The notes below the pieces were generated by a model, which saw nothing but the letters and a program-made list of their open reading frames with translations, did not search any database and was not told the origin of the DNA. A stretch of DNA of 63,534 bases, filler included, from Chiloscyllium plagiosum (Eukaryota), in the NCBI RefSeq assembly GCF_004010195.1. It is 4 parts of one record of this genome, joined end to end, with 100 filler letters (N's around TTAATTAATTAA, not from the genome) between each part and the next. Parts side by side here need not be neighbours in the genome. Positions count along the whole stretch, not along the records: positions 51,352 to 59,206 come from NC_057715.1; positions 59,307 to 63,534 come from NC_057715.1; 2 more parts are not named here. The stretch is one strand, 5' to 3'. This document shows positions 51,417 through 61,889 of the stretch, one piece after another. The translations under genes were made by a program, and so were the position numbers. Each line of letters starts with the position of its first letter. Within the stretch, counting starts at the first letter, position 1.

Positions 51417-52343
51417 TAGAGAACGTGTGAGTGAACATCAGCGGATATGTGTGTGCGAGTGTGTGTATATAACTAGAGTGTGTGGGAGTGACAGAGGGTA
51501 AGTGTGAGCAAGAGAGTGTGTCAGTGATTGTGTGTGAATTTGAAACCTGTGTTTGCTTCAGGGAGGTTCAGAAGCAGCTTTGATGTTCTGCACCTCTGGA
51601 TGGCTGCAGTCAAAGCTGGGAAATGTGCGTCATGACTCCTATTCATATCTTGTGATTGATGACACCGGAGGGATAGTCAGTGAGACAACGAAAGAGAAGG
51701 AATAAATGTAATAATATGGAACTAAAATAGAAATTGCTGGAACAATTGAATACAATTTGAGTTCCAGGAGAAGTTGAATAGGCCGGGATTATTTCCCTGG
51801 AACACAGGGGGACTGAGGGATGACTTCAAGAGGCATGAGAGGCATAGATGGGGTAGATAGAGGATAGCTTTTCCCGAGGGTAGGGGAGTCTAAAACTGAG
51901 GGCATAGGTTGAAGGTGAGAGGGGAGAGATACAAAAGGTCCAGAGGGGCAATCTTTTCACACAGAGGGTGGTGAGTGTCTGGAACAGGCTGCCAGAGGGA
52001 GTGGTGGAGGCGAGTATGATTTTTTTCATTTGAGAAACAGGGGTATGGAGGGATATGGACCTAACAGGCAAATGGGACTAGTTTAATTATGAAAGCTGGC
52101 TGAAGGGCCAGTTTCCAGTCTGTAGATGCCTCTGACTCTAATTCAGCAGATTTGGCAGCAACAGTGGAGAGAAAGCAGCATTGACATATTGAGTCCAGTT
52201 ACCCTTCTTCACTGGAATAATAATATGAAAGAGCTGTGTTCATTAACGGTGAACTCTGGATTGATGTCTGTTTGCCCATTGACCATACTAATCATCGAAC
52301 TGTTACTAAAACCCGTTCTCTTTCTCTCCCCCTCTCTCTACAG

Positions 52344-52383
52344 GCCTTACTTCAAGTTGCCAGGAACCTCTTCACACATTTGG
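52344..52383 (+). CDS. PDE2A: PDE2A internal exon (linker helix into GAF-B), ALLQVARNLFTHL(D); exon 15 by analogy
   Basis: Long pyrimidine tract and ctacag acceptor, donor TTGG/gtaatt, 40 nt, phase 0-1. Nearly identical to recalled mammalian ALLQVAKNLFTHLD. Confidence 0.95.
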
Positions 52384-52589
52384 GTAATTAAATCCTGTTT
52401 TGTCACCCACTCATATGAAAGGGAATTTTAAAAAAAGAAAACTTAATAGTTCATGGTAATCCTGATCAGAGATGGAAAATTCCAAAAGTCTTGGGTGGGC
52501 CAACAGTGAGAGAACAGCCATGCACGGCTAGCCAGGGTATTGGAGGTGGGGGTGTGTGTGTGAACGAGTAATGCCCAGTGTCTGTCGCC

Positions 52590-52795
52590 ATGATGTGGAG
52601 GTTCCGGTGTTGAACTAGGGTGGGCAAGGTCAGAAGTCCCACGACACCAGGTTAGAGCCCAGCAGGTTTATTTGAAACCACAAGCTTTTGGAGCACAGTC
52701 CTTCATCAGGTGACCTGGCTTCACCAGCGCTCCGAATGCTTGTGATTTCAAATAAACCTGTTGGACTGTAACCTGGTGTCGTGGGACTTCTGACA
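52590..52795. mobile_element. Family-2 PLE inverted pair
   Basis: Inverted arms; minus-strand core CTGATGAaggactgtgctccAAAAgctt (G12 mutated). Confidence 0.7.
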
Positions 52796-52902
52796 GTATC
52801 TGTAGGATTGACCACCGCGCTGGTTAGAATCCCTACAGTGTGGAAAGAGGCCATTTGGCCTTGTGAGTTTGCACTGACCCTCTGAAGAGCATCCCACCCA
52901 GA

Positions 52903-53782
52903 TAGAACATAGGACATAGAACATTACTGCGCAGTACAGGCCCTTCGGCCCTCGATGTTGTGCTGAGCTGTGGGACCAATCTGAAGCCCATCTATCCTGC
53001 ACTATTCCATTTTCATCCATATGTTTATCCAATGACCATTTAAATGCCCATAAAGTTGGCAAATCTACTACTGTTGCAGGCAGTGTGTTCCATGTCCCTA
53101 CTACTCTCTGGGTAAAGAACCCACCTCTGACATCTGTCCTGTATCTATCACCCCTCAATTTAAAGCTGTCTCCTTGTGCTAGCCAACACCATCCGAGGAA
53201 AAAGGCTCTCCCTGAACACCCTATCTAACCCTCTGATTATCTTGTATGTCTCAATTAAGTCACCTCTCAACCTTCTTCTCTCTAATGAAAACAGCCTCAA
53301 CTCCCTCAGCCTTTCCCTATAAGACCTTCCCTCCAAACCAGGCAACATCCTGGTAAATCTCCTCTGCACTCTTTCCAAAGCTTCCATATCCTTCCTATAA
53401 TGCAGTGACCAGAACTGTACACAATACTCCAAGCGCGGCCGCACCAGAGTTTTGTACAGCTGCAGCCTGACCTCATGGCTCCGAAACTCAGTCCCTCTAC
53501 CAATAAAAGCTAACGCACCGTATGCTTTCTTAACAACCCTATCAACCTGGGTGGCAACTTTCAAGGATCTATGTACCTGGACACTGAGATCTCTCTGCTC
53601 ATCTACACTCCCAAGAATCTTACCATTTAGCCCAGTATTCTGTATTCCTGTTACTATCACCTCACACTTTCCCGCATTAAACTCCATTTGCCCCTCAGCC
53701 CAGCTGTGCATCTTATCTATGTCCCTCTGTAACCTACAACATCCTTCAGCACTATCCACAACTCTACCGACATTAGTGTCAT
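52903..53782 (-). mobile_element. CR1 RT C-terminus to 3' tail
   Basis: 227-aa ORF remnant (QRDLSVQVHRSLKVATQVD...LEYCVQFW) and (TTCTATG)-type tail. Confidence 0.92.
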
Positions 53783-54941
53783 AAATCCACCACCCCATCC
53801 TAACCCTGCACTTCCGTTGACTAACCCCATGTAACTTGCACATCCCTGAACACCAAGAATTTTCCCACTGACAATGGTCACCCTAAGATTCTTAAACTCA
53901 GATTTATTGTGGAGTTAAATTGTCACAGTAGGATTTGAATCTGGGTCCCCAGGACATTACCCGTGGAAGCTTTGGAAAGGGTTCAGAGCAAATTTACTAG
54001 CATGTTGCCTGGTATGGAGGGAAAGTCTAACAATCCAGAGATAATCCCATGATGCCGTCATCTCCTTACAGAGGCAGAGTCTAAGACAGACCCTGGGGAC
54101 TTGGGTTCGAATCTTACCATGGAGTTTGAATTCAAATAAAAAGCAAAATCTGAATTCAGAGTCGAACAATGACTGTGTAACCATTTCCAATTGTTGGAAA
54201 AACCCATCTGGTTCACTAACGCCCTTTACAGAAAGACATTGGCCATCCTCACCTGGTCTGACTTACGTGAGATGAGGAGGAATTTCTTCCCTCTGTGGGA
54301 AGTGAATCTGTGGAATTCTTTACCACAGAGGGCCATCGAGGCTGGGGCATTGAGTCTCGTCAAGGCTGAGAGAGGGGGATTGTTAATCGGGAAGGGAATC
54401 AAGGAAGTGGAGTTGGGGATTATCAGACCAGCCGTGATCTCATTGAATGATAGAACAGACTCGATGGGCTGAATGGCCTGCTCCTATGTTTTATGGTTTA
54501 TGGTTTGGAAGGTGCTGCCAGGGGATCTTTGGTGAGTTCCTGCCGTGCACCTTGTAGCTGGTCCGCACTGCTGTTGTGAATGTTGGTTATCAGTGGTTAG
54601 TGTTAGTTGATGGTGAGACCCCCTCTGGGATATTGTGGGAGATTCGGCTGCCTTTTAGTTTGTGTTGTATTGCGTTTGTCAGTCACATATTGTTTAATTT
54701 AAGTTATTTTTGTTCCCCTACATTGTAGCTGTCAAGAGGCGGATAAAATTTGATTTATTATTCATGTTATGCTAATACCTTACCACTCTGATAAATAATA
54801 ACATCATTTCCACCTGATTGTTATTGAAAGCTCTTTCTGTTCTTCAAACTGCCTGGGGCTGTTTGCCTTCATATTGTATAACATTATAAGGGGCATATTG
54901 GTTGCAATGACATTGATGTATACGGAGCTATCGCTGTAGAG

Positions 54942-55275
54942 AGGGAGGCGATGGGCTAGTGGTGTTATCACTAGACACGCCATCCCAAGACCCAGAGAAT
55001 GGTCTGGGGGCCCGGGTTTGAGTCTTGCCATGGAGTTTAAATTCAATTTAAAAAAGGAAAATCTGAATTAAAAGTCTAATAATGGTTGACTGTGTAACCA
55101 TTTCCAATTGTTGTAAAGCCCCATCAGGTTCACTAATGTCCTTTAGAGAAGGAAATCTGCCATCCTAACCTCGTCTGACCTACACGTGACTCCAGGCACA
55201 CAGCATTCTGACTGATTTTGAAATGCCCTCTGTAGGGCTGAGCAAGGGCAATGATGGAGGGGCAACATACGTTTG
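54942..55275 (+). mobile_element. Second tRNA-derived SINE family copy
   Basis: Same head and core as 26558-26900. Confidence 0.72.
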
Positions 55276-55359
55276 CTGAGCTATACATACAGGTGCCGTA
55301 TGGAAATACGATACTGCGGCTATTCCCGAAACCTGTTTCCAGGAAGGGCAAGATCCATG

Positions 55360-55808
55360 GAGGAAATGTTGTGAAACTTGAAAGGGTGCAGGAAAGATTT
55401 ACTAGGACGTTGCCAGGGTTGGAGGGTTTGAGCTACAGGGAGAGGCTGAACAGGCTGGGGCTGTTTTCCCCTGGAGCGTCGGAGGCTGAGGGGTGCCAGG
55501 CAGGAATAGGATGAATACTCAAGAGTAATAAAGTTTAGGGTGAGAGGAGAAAGATTTAAAAGAGACCTTAGGGGCAACTTTTCCACACAGAAGGTGGTGC
55601 GTGTATGGAATGAGCTGCCAGAGGAAGTGGTGGAGGCTGGTACAATTGCAACATTTAAAAGGCATCTGGATGGGTATATGAATAGGAAGGGTTTAGAGGG
55701 ACATGGGCCAAGTGCTGGCAGGTGGGACTGGACTAATTTAGGATCTTTGGTCAGCATGGAAGAGTTGGACCGAGGGGTCTATTTCTGTGCTGTACAGCTC
55801 TATGACAC
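55360..55808 (+). mobile_element. CR1 (HER1-like) 3' end with internal deletion
   Basis: VVKLERVQERFTRTLPGLEGLSYRERL...RGNFSTQKVVRVWNELP. Confidence 0.88.
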
Positions 55809-56285
55809 TATTTGGTGCTAAGTATTCTCAGAAAACATAGTGTTGAGGAGAGATGAGGAAGTGAGGTGAGTGTTGATTATGGAGGACTGAAGACGGGATG
55901 CCTGGGAAGGGACAAGGATGGGATCTGATTGACTAGAGTTAAGGACATTACATTGCCTAGTCCAGACAATAAGTCATCAGCTAGCGGGGAGAATGTAGAG
56001 GAATGAATTTGCAAATTAAACACAGAGAGGTTTAAACACCGTAGAGTAGGCGATGTGAGGAAACATGTTTTCCCCAGAGGGCGGTGGGAATCCGGAGCTC
56101 GCTGCCTGTGAGGGTGGGAGGGGCAGAAACCTTCATCACATAGAGGAAGGATTTAGATGGGCACATTTGAGAATTGGGGGGAGGGGAGGGTAGTGCAGGT
56201 TTAAAAGTAATTGGCAAAAGAAGCAAAAAGTGATGAGGAAACCTTTCTCCACACACATGAGTAGTTTGGGATGCACTGCCTGATA

Positions 56286-56780
56286 GGGTGGCATGGCGGC
56301 TCAGTGGTTAGCACTGCTGCCTCACTGCACCAGGGACCTGGGTTCAATCCCAGCTTTGGGTGACTGTCTGTGTGGAGTTTGCACGCTCTCCCCGTGTCTG
56401 TGTGGGTTTCGTCTGGGTGCTCCGGTTTCCTCCCACAGTCCTAAGATGCACAAGTTAGGCGGATTGACCATGGGAAATTCCTGAAGAAGGGCCTGTGCCC
56501 GAAACGTCGAATCTCCTGTTCCCTGGATGCTGCCTGACCTGCTGTGCTGTTCCAGCAATAAAGTTTCAACTTTGATCTCCAGCATCTGCAGACCTCACTT
56601 TCTCCATGGGAAATTGTCCGTAGTGTCCAGAGATGTGCAGGCTGGGTGGGCTAGCCATGGGAAATGCAGGGTTACAGGGAAGGGGTGAAAGGTGTTTGGT
56701 TTGGGTGAGATGCTCTTTGGAGGATAAGTGTAGACTTGATGGGCTGAATGGCCTGCTTCCACATTGTAGGGCTTCTATAA
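56286..56780 (+). mobile_element. HE1-related V-SINE interrupted by a 124-bp family-1 PLE insertion (56480-56603)
   Basis: SINE head and core; CCATGGGAAATT duplicated at 56468-56479 and 56604-56615. Confidence 0.88.
56477..56512 (+). ncRNA. Minimal type I hammerhead ribozyme motif (Penelope-type), intact core
   Basis: ATTC-CTGAAGA-A-GGGC-ctgt-GCCC-GAAA-CG-TC-GAAT: helix I ATTC/GAAT, helix II GGGC/GCCC, palindromic ACGT in place of helix III, predicted cleavage after 56508. Activity is untested. Confidence 0.7.
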
Positions 56781-57596
56781 ATCATCTCAGAATAAAGGGG
56801 CCTCATTGAGAGATCATATCAAAAGCCTTTTGAAAATCCAAATCCACTGTTTCTCTTTAGTCTCCTAGTTACATCCTCAAAAAAAACTCCAATAGATTTG
56901 TTGAGTATGATTTGCCTTTCTTAAACCAATGGTAGTTTTGACCAATCCCGTTAATGTTTTCCAACTGTTGTATTATCACGTCTTTATGAACACACTCAAG
57001 CATTTTCCCCACAACTGGTCTGTCAATCTTTGCTTGTTATCTCTCCCTTCTTTTTTTTACAATAGTGCGGTTAGATTTGCCACTCCCTAATCTGTCAGGA
57101 ACTTGGTGACTTGGTGATTCCTGAAGAAGGGCTCATGCCCGAAAAGTCGATTCTCCTGCTCCTTGGATGCTGCCTGACCTGCTGCGCTTTTCCAGCAACA
57201 CATTTTCAGCTCTGATCTCCAGCATCTGCAGACCTCACTTTCTCTGACTTGTCAGCCAATCAGCTTCTTCACCCTTTTATCTCCTGTGGGATAAATGATT
57301 TTGATCATTCAAAATCTGGCATTCTTGTGTTTGTCCTGATGGGTGCAAGACAGGAGCCTTCAACAATGTGTCCCTCCTTTGCATAACAATTATGAAACAC
57401 TTGGACATTGTGTTACCGAAAGGGCTATAGATCAAGAGCTAGAAACAGAAAATAGGTGCAGTGTAGGCCATTCAGCCCCTCGCGTCTGCTCTGTCATTCA
57501 ATATGATCATGGTCGATCATCCAACTCAGTCCCCATTCCCACTTTCTCCTCATACCCTTTTATCCCTTTCGCCTGAAAAATTACATCTAACTTACA

Positions 57597-58478
57597 AAGA
57601 CAGATAGCACCGAGGAGGTGGGGAGGCGGCAGAAGGATTTGGACAGGTTGGGAGAGGGGGCAAAGCGGTGGCAGATGGAGTACAGTGTGGGAAAGTCCGA
57701 GGTCATCACTTTGTTAGGAAGAATAGAAGCATGGGCTATTTTTTAGCTGAGGCGAAAATGCAGAAGTCTAAAGTGCAAAGAGCTTTGGGAGTTCTAGTCC
57801 AGGATTCTCTCCAGGTTGAATCAGTAGTTAGGAAGGCAAGTGCAAAGTTGACATTTATTTTGAGAGGACTTGAATATAAAAACAGAGATGTACTTCTGAG
57901 GCTCTGTAACGCTCTGGTCAGACCACGTTTGGAGTACTGTGTGCAGTTTTGGGCCCCATATCTCAGGGAGGGTGGACTGGCCCTGGAGCGTGTTCAGAGG
58001 AGGTTCATGAGAATGGTCTCAGGAATGAAAAGCTTAACATATGAGGAATGTTTGAGGACTTTGGGTCTATACTCAGGGAGTTTAGAAGAATGAGGGGTGA
58101 TCTAATTCTAACTTACAAAATACTAAATGGCCTGGACAGAGTGGATGCTGGGAAGGTCTTTGGTAGGAGAGACTAGGACCTGAGGGCACAGCCTTAGAGT
58201 AGAGGGAAGACCCTTTTGGAACAGAGATAAGGAAAACCTTCTTCAGCCAGAGAGTGGGGAATCTATGGAATTCACTGCCACAGAAGGCTGTGGAGGCCAG
58301 GTCACTGAGTGTATTTAACACGGAGTTAGGTAGGTTCTTGAGTATCAAGGGGACCAAGGGTTCCAGGAAGAAATTGGGAGAATGGGGTTGAGAAACGTAT
58401 CAGCCATGACTGAATGGTGGAGCAGACTAGATGGGCTGAATGGCCTAGTTTCTGCTCCTATGTCTTATGGTCTTATGG
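57597..58478 (+). mobile_element. CR1 RT C-terminus to 3' UTR
   Basis: VQRALGVLVQDSL...LVRPRLEYCVQFWAPYLR; a second CR1 follows tail-to-tail on the minus strand (58480-58856). Confidence 0.88.
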
Positions 58479-59206
58479 TCTAACTCCTTCTCAAAAATAT
58501 TCACTGTTTTAAGGTCAACTTTTTCTGTGGCAGAGAATTCCCCAGGCTCCCCACTCTCTGGGTGAAGACATTTCTCCCCCATCTCAGTCTGAAATGGCCT
58601 ACCCCCTATCCTGAGACTGTGAGCCCTGGTTGTGCACTCCCTGTCAAGTGGGAACATCCTTCCTGTATTTACTTTGTCTAGTCCTGTTAGAATGTTATAG
58701 GTTTCTTTAGGCTCCCCCTCATTCTTCTAACCTCCAGTGAGTATAGTCCTAACCCATCCAGGCTCTCTCCACACATCATTCCTGTCATGACAGGATTCAG
58801 TCTGGTAAAACTTTGTTGCAATCCATCCAAAGTCAGAGCATCCTTCCTCAGATCAGGAATGGGTTTGGACCGGAAATCTTCCTTTCTTTCAGTCTGCATG
58901 GACTGGATGGATCAAATAGCCTCCGTAGTGTGTGTATGTGTGTGTATGTGAGAGAGAGAGAGAGTTTGTGTGTATGAGTTTGGTTGTGTGCGTGTGTCTA
59001 CGTCTATTTGTGTATAAATATATATATGTATATGTATATGAGTATGGTGTCTGTCTGTGTATATGTGAGAGAGTCTGGGTATCATGTGTTTGTCTGTCAG
59101 CATGTGTGTCTGAGTTAGTTATATGAGTGTGTCAGTGTATGAGAGTTTGTCTGTGTGTGTATGTGTCTGAGAATGTCTGTGTGTGTAAGTCTGTGTGTGT
59201 GTAAGT

Positions 59207-59306
59207 NNNNNNNNNNNNNNNNNNNNNNNNNNNNNNNNNNNNNNNNNNNNTTAATTAATTAANNNNNNNNNNNNNNNNNNNNNNNNNNNNNNNNNNNNNN
59301 NNNNNN
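59207..59306. other. Assembly gap with TTAATTAATTAA spacer, preceded by a GT-rich tract (58929-59206)
   Basis: Seen directly. Confidence 0.97.
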
Positions 59307-59326
59307 TTCTATGTTCTATGTTCTAT

Positions 59327-59572
59327 GCATGGCACTCATCCACTGACTCCATCAACAAATGCATTGACCTGGATCCAATATACCGGCCACTGCAACGAAC
59401 AACCGGAAATGGCCACCAGAAGCAGCAGGGATGGAACCAAATAAATTCCAGAAGAGACAGTATAGCAGTGCTTCACAGGAGGCTTCCAAGCTCTGAAGAT
59501 GTCACCTAGATAGGGGACGAAATGTCTGAAAATCAACTTCCCAGCTCAGCAAACATACCCACAACAACAACA
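59327..59572 (+). mobile_element. Penelope-like element 3' end, family 3 (GIY-YIG tail plus hammerhead-like motif)
   Basis: AWHSSTDSINKCIDLDPIYRPL; CTGAAGAtgtcacctagataggggacGAAAtgTC near 59494-59526. Confidence 0.8.
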
Positions 59573-60419
59573 ATTGTAATACTGCAGCAAGGAAACTTTG
59601 AGCTCAGGCATCTTCACCAATCTCACGGACTGGACCAGGCTGAATCCCCAGGCTTTTTGCTTGCAGTCAGAGCACTCAATTACTTTGAACCTTCCTGGAT
59701 GCTCACAGATTCCCTACCTTGCACAACCTTGCCTTGCTTTTTTGTGCTTTGTCCGTCAGCCAGAGATACAGGGCTCACAGTAGTTCTGTTTTGCTGTGCC
59801 ATTCAGCGCAGACACAAAACCAGGATGTTTGTCATAGGTGTCAGCAAATCTCAGTTAAGTCAGGAGGGATATCTCAACACAGTTAATTAAGGGCAGCCAC
59901 CAATACCAGTCTAGGCTCTATTTAAGTGATTCAGAGTCACAATCGTGTCCTCATAAGGGTAGTTTATTGCTGGCTGTCTATGGAGCAATCCAATTCTTTT
60001 CACTCTCCTTGATCCCTGTGGTCCTGTAAGGTTATTTCCAAGAGGTTAATTTCCATCAAGTGCACATCCAATTTCCTTTTGAAACCAGGGTCTGTTTTCA
60101 CTTCCACCACCTTTATGGACTGTGAATTCCAGGTCATTACCAACCCACTTGACTCATTCTGCCCTAGAATGAGCTGTTTTTCTTCTGGAATAGGTGAGAG
60201 GCGGGTATTACGGTGTTGTGAAAGTGTATGGCACAGCAATTACCATTAGTGCAAGTGGTGTCTTGAGTAAGTTGTCAATGCAGACAACATGCAGTGTTAG
60301 TGGTGTCGGGGATGAAAGGGATGAGAGTAAGTGGCAAAGACATTGCAGACAATAATGAGAGTGGTAAAGCATGAGCCTCGGTGGAAGATTGGTAGTTTGG
60401 CAGAGATAGAGTAAGTGTG

Positions 60420-60815
60420 AGATATTGGAGAGAAGATGGTGCACCTTATTGTAGTGGAGTGGAGAAGGGCATTGACCTTCTTCCTTCTACGCTTGGCATT
60501 CCTTCACAAACTGAGACTGCTTTAATCTGTGTGGCAACCTGGACTAGGCTGGGATGATCTGGTAGGCAAAAGTGAGGACTGCAAATGCTGGAAACCAGAG
60601 TTTAGATCAGAGTGGTGCTGGAAAAGCACAGCAGGTCAGGCAGCATCCGAGGAGCAGGAAAATCGACGTTTCGGGCAAAAGCCCTTCATCAGGAAATGAT
60701 GATCTGGTGTCAGGGCCTCCAATGCTGTTCCTGAGGAAGAGAAAGGCCGTTTTGGCACCATTCCATCCAACAGGACCTCACAAAGTGGGGCACCCAGTTT
60801 CCCTGTCTGCCATGT
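60420..60815 (-). mobile_element. Degenerate PIF/Harbinger-type Myb/SANT gene remnant, split by a PLE insertion (60564-60697)
   Basis: Minus-strand fragments GKLGAP..EVLLDGMV.KR and VATQIKAVS...NAKRRRKKVNALL resemble the recalled Myb/SANT pattern AP.F...LEVLL...EVA..VNAVS...QCRKK.NDL; GATGATCTGGT duplicated at 60553-60563 / 60698-60708. Confidence 0.5.
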
Positions 60816-60932
60816 GATAGGAACCATGGGAGAAGCCCAGACTCTGTGCTTATCTGGGCTCACAATTGGCTTTTATTGGTGGCACAGGCACAGGAGATGC
60901 CAGTGAATTGCAGGATATCCAGTGTGACATCT

Positions 60933-61496
60933 TGTTATGGACCAGGATAGAGCGCTCGAAACATTTCAAGAAGGTAGCCCAGACCCTAACTTTGCTAGTT
61001 GTCTTAAGTAGGTGTTAAGTGGGTATTCCAGGAGAGAATCAGCTGGTCAAACCACTTCATTTTAAAAAAAAACAGAATTTATTTACAAGATTTCTGAATT
61101 AAAAACAAGCAACAGAAAACATAATATTGATTAGCTTAACCTCTCAGAAAATCCAACAGTTCATCCAAATGATGCTATTCCAAATACTTGCAACAACCCC
61201 CATAAACAAAAGGTAAAAGCAAACACAAACTCTTACAGGATAGAAGTCAGAGAGAGAGAGAGAGAGAGAGAGTACCAGCCTGGACCTGCTTCTTTGGGTC
61301 CAGCAGCTTGTTTGTCACACTCCTGCTAAAAAAAAACCAAACCAGAATAAAGCTGAGCTGGGAGAACTGGCCTCAACCTTTTCATTGTACAAGTGTTTTT
61401 TTTAATTTGAAAGCCTTTTCCTGAGGCAGTATCTGTTAATTATTATCAAATTGGCCCTAAAACACTTCAACCCCAGACTTTTTGGAGTCTGTCACA
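60933..61496. mobile_element. Possible solo LTR
   Basis: TGTTAT...GTCACA termini, internal (AG)n, tttatt; no TSD seen. Confidence 0.4.
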
Positions 61497-61889
61497 AAAC
61501 AGACATAGAACATTACAGTGCAGTATAGATCCTTCAGCCCTCAATGTTGCGCCAACCTGTGAAACCATCCTTAAGCTCATCTAAACTACACTATTCCATT
61601 CTTGTCCATATGCCTGCCCAATTACCATTTAAATACCCTTAAAGTTGATGAATCTACTACAGTTGTAGGCAGTGCATTCCATGCCCCGGCTACTCCCTGA
61701 GTAAAGAAACTAGCTTTGACATCTGTTCTCTATCTACTACCCTTCAATTTAAAGCTATGTCTCCTCGTGCTAGCCATCAACATGTGGAAACTCCACATGG
61801 ACAATCACCTGAGGGTGGAATCTGGGTCCCTGGTGCTGGGATTTGATTCAGGTAACAGTGCTAACCACTGAGCCACCATGCTGCCCATT

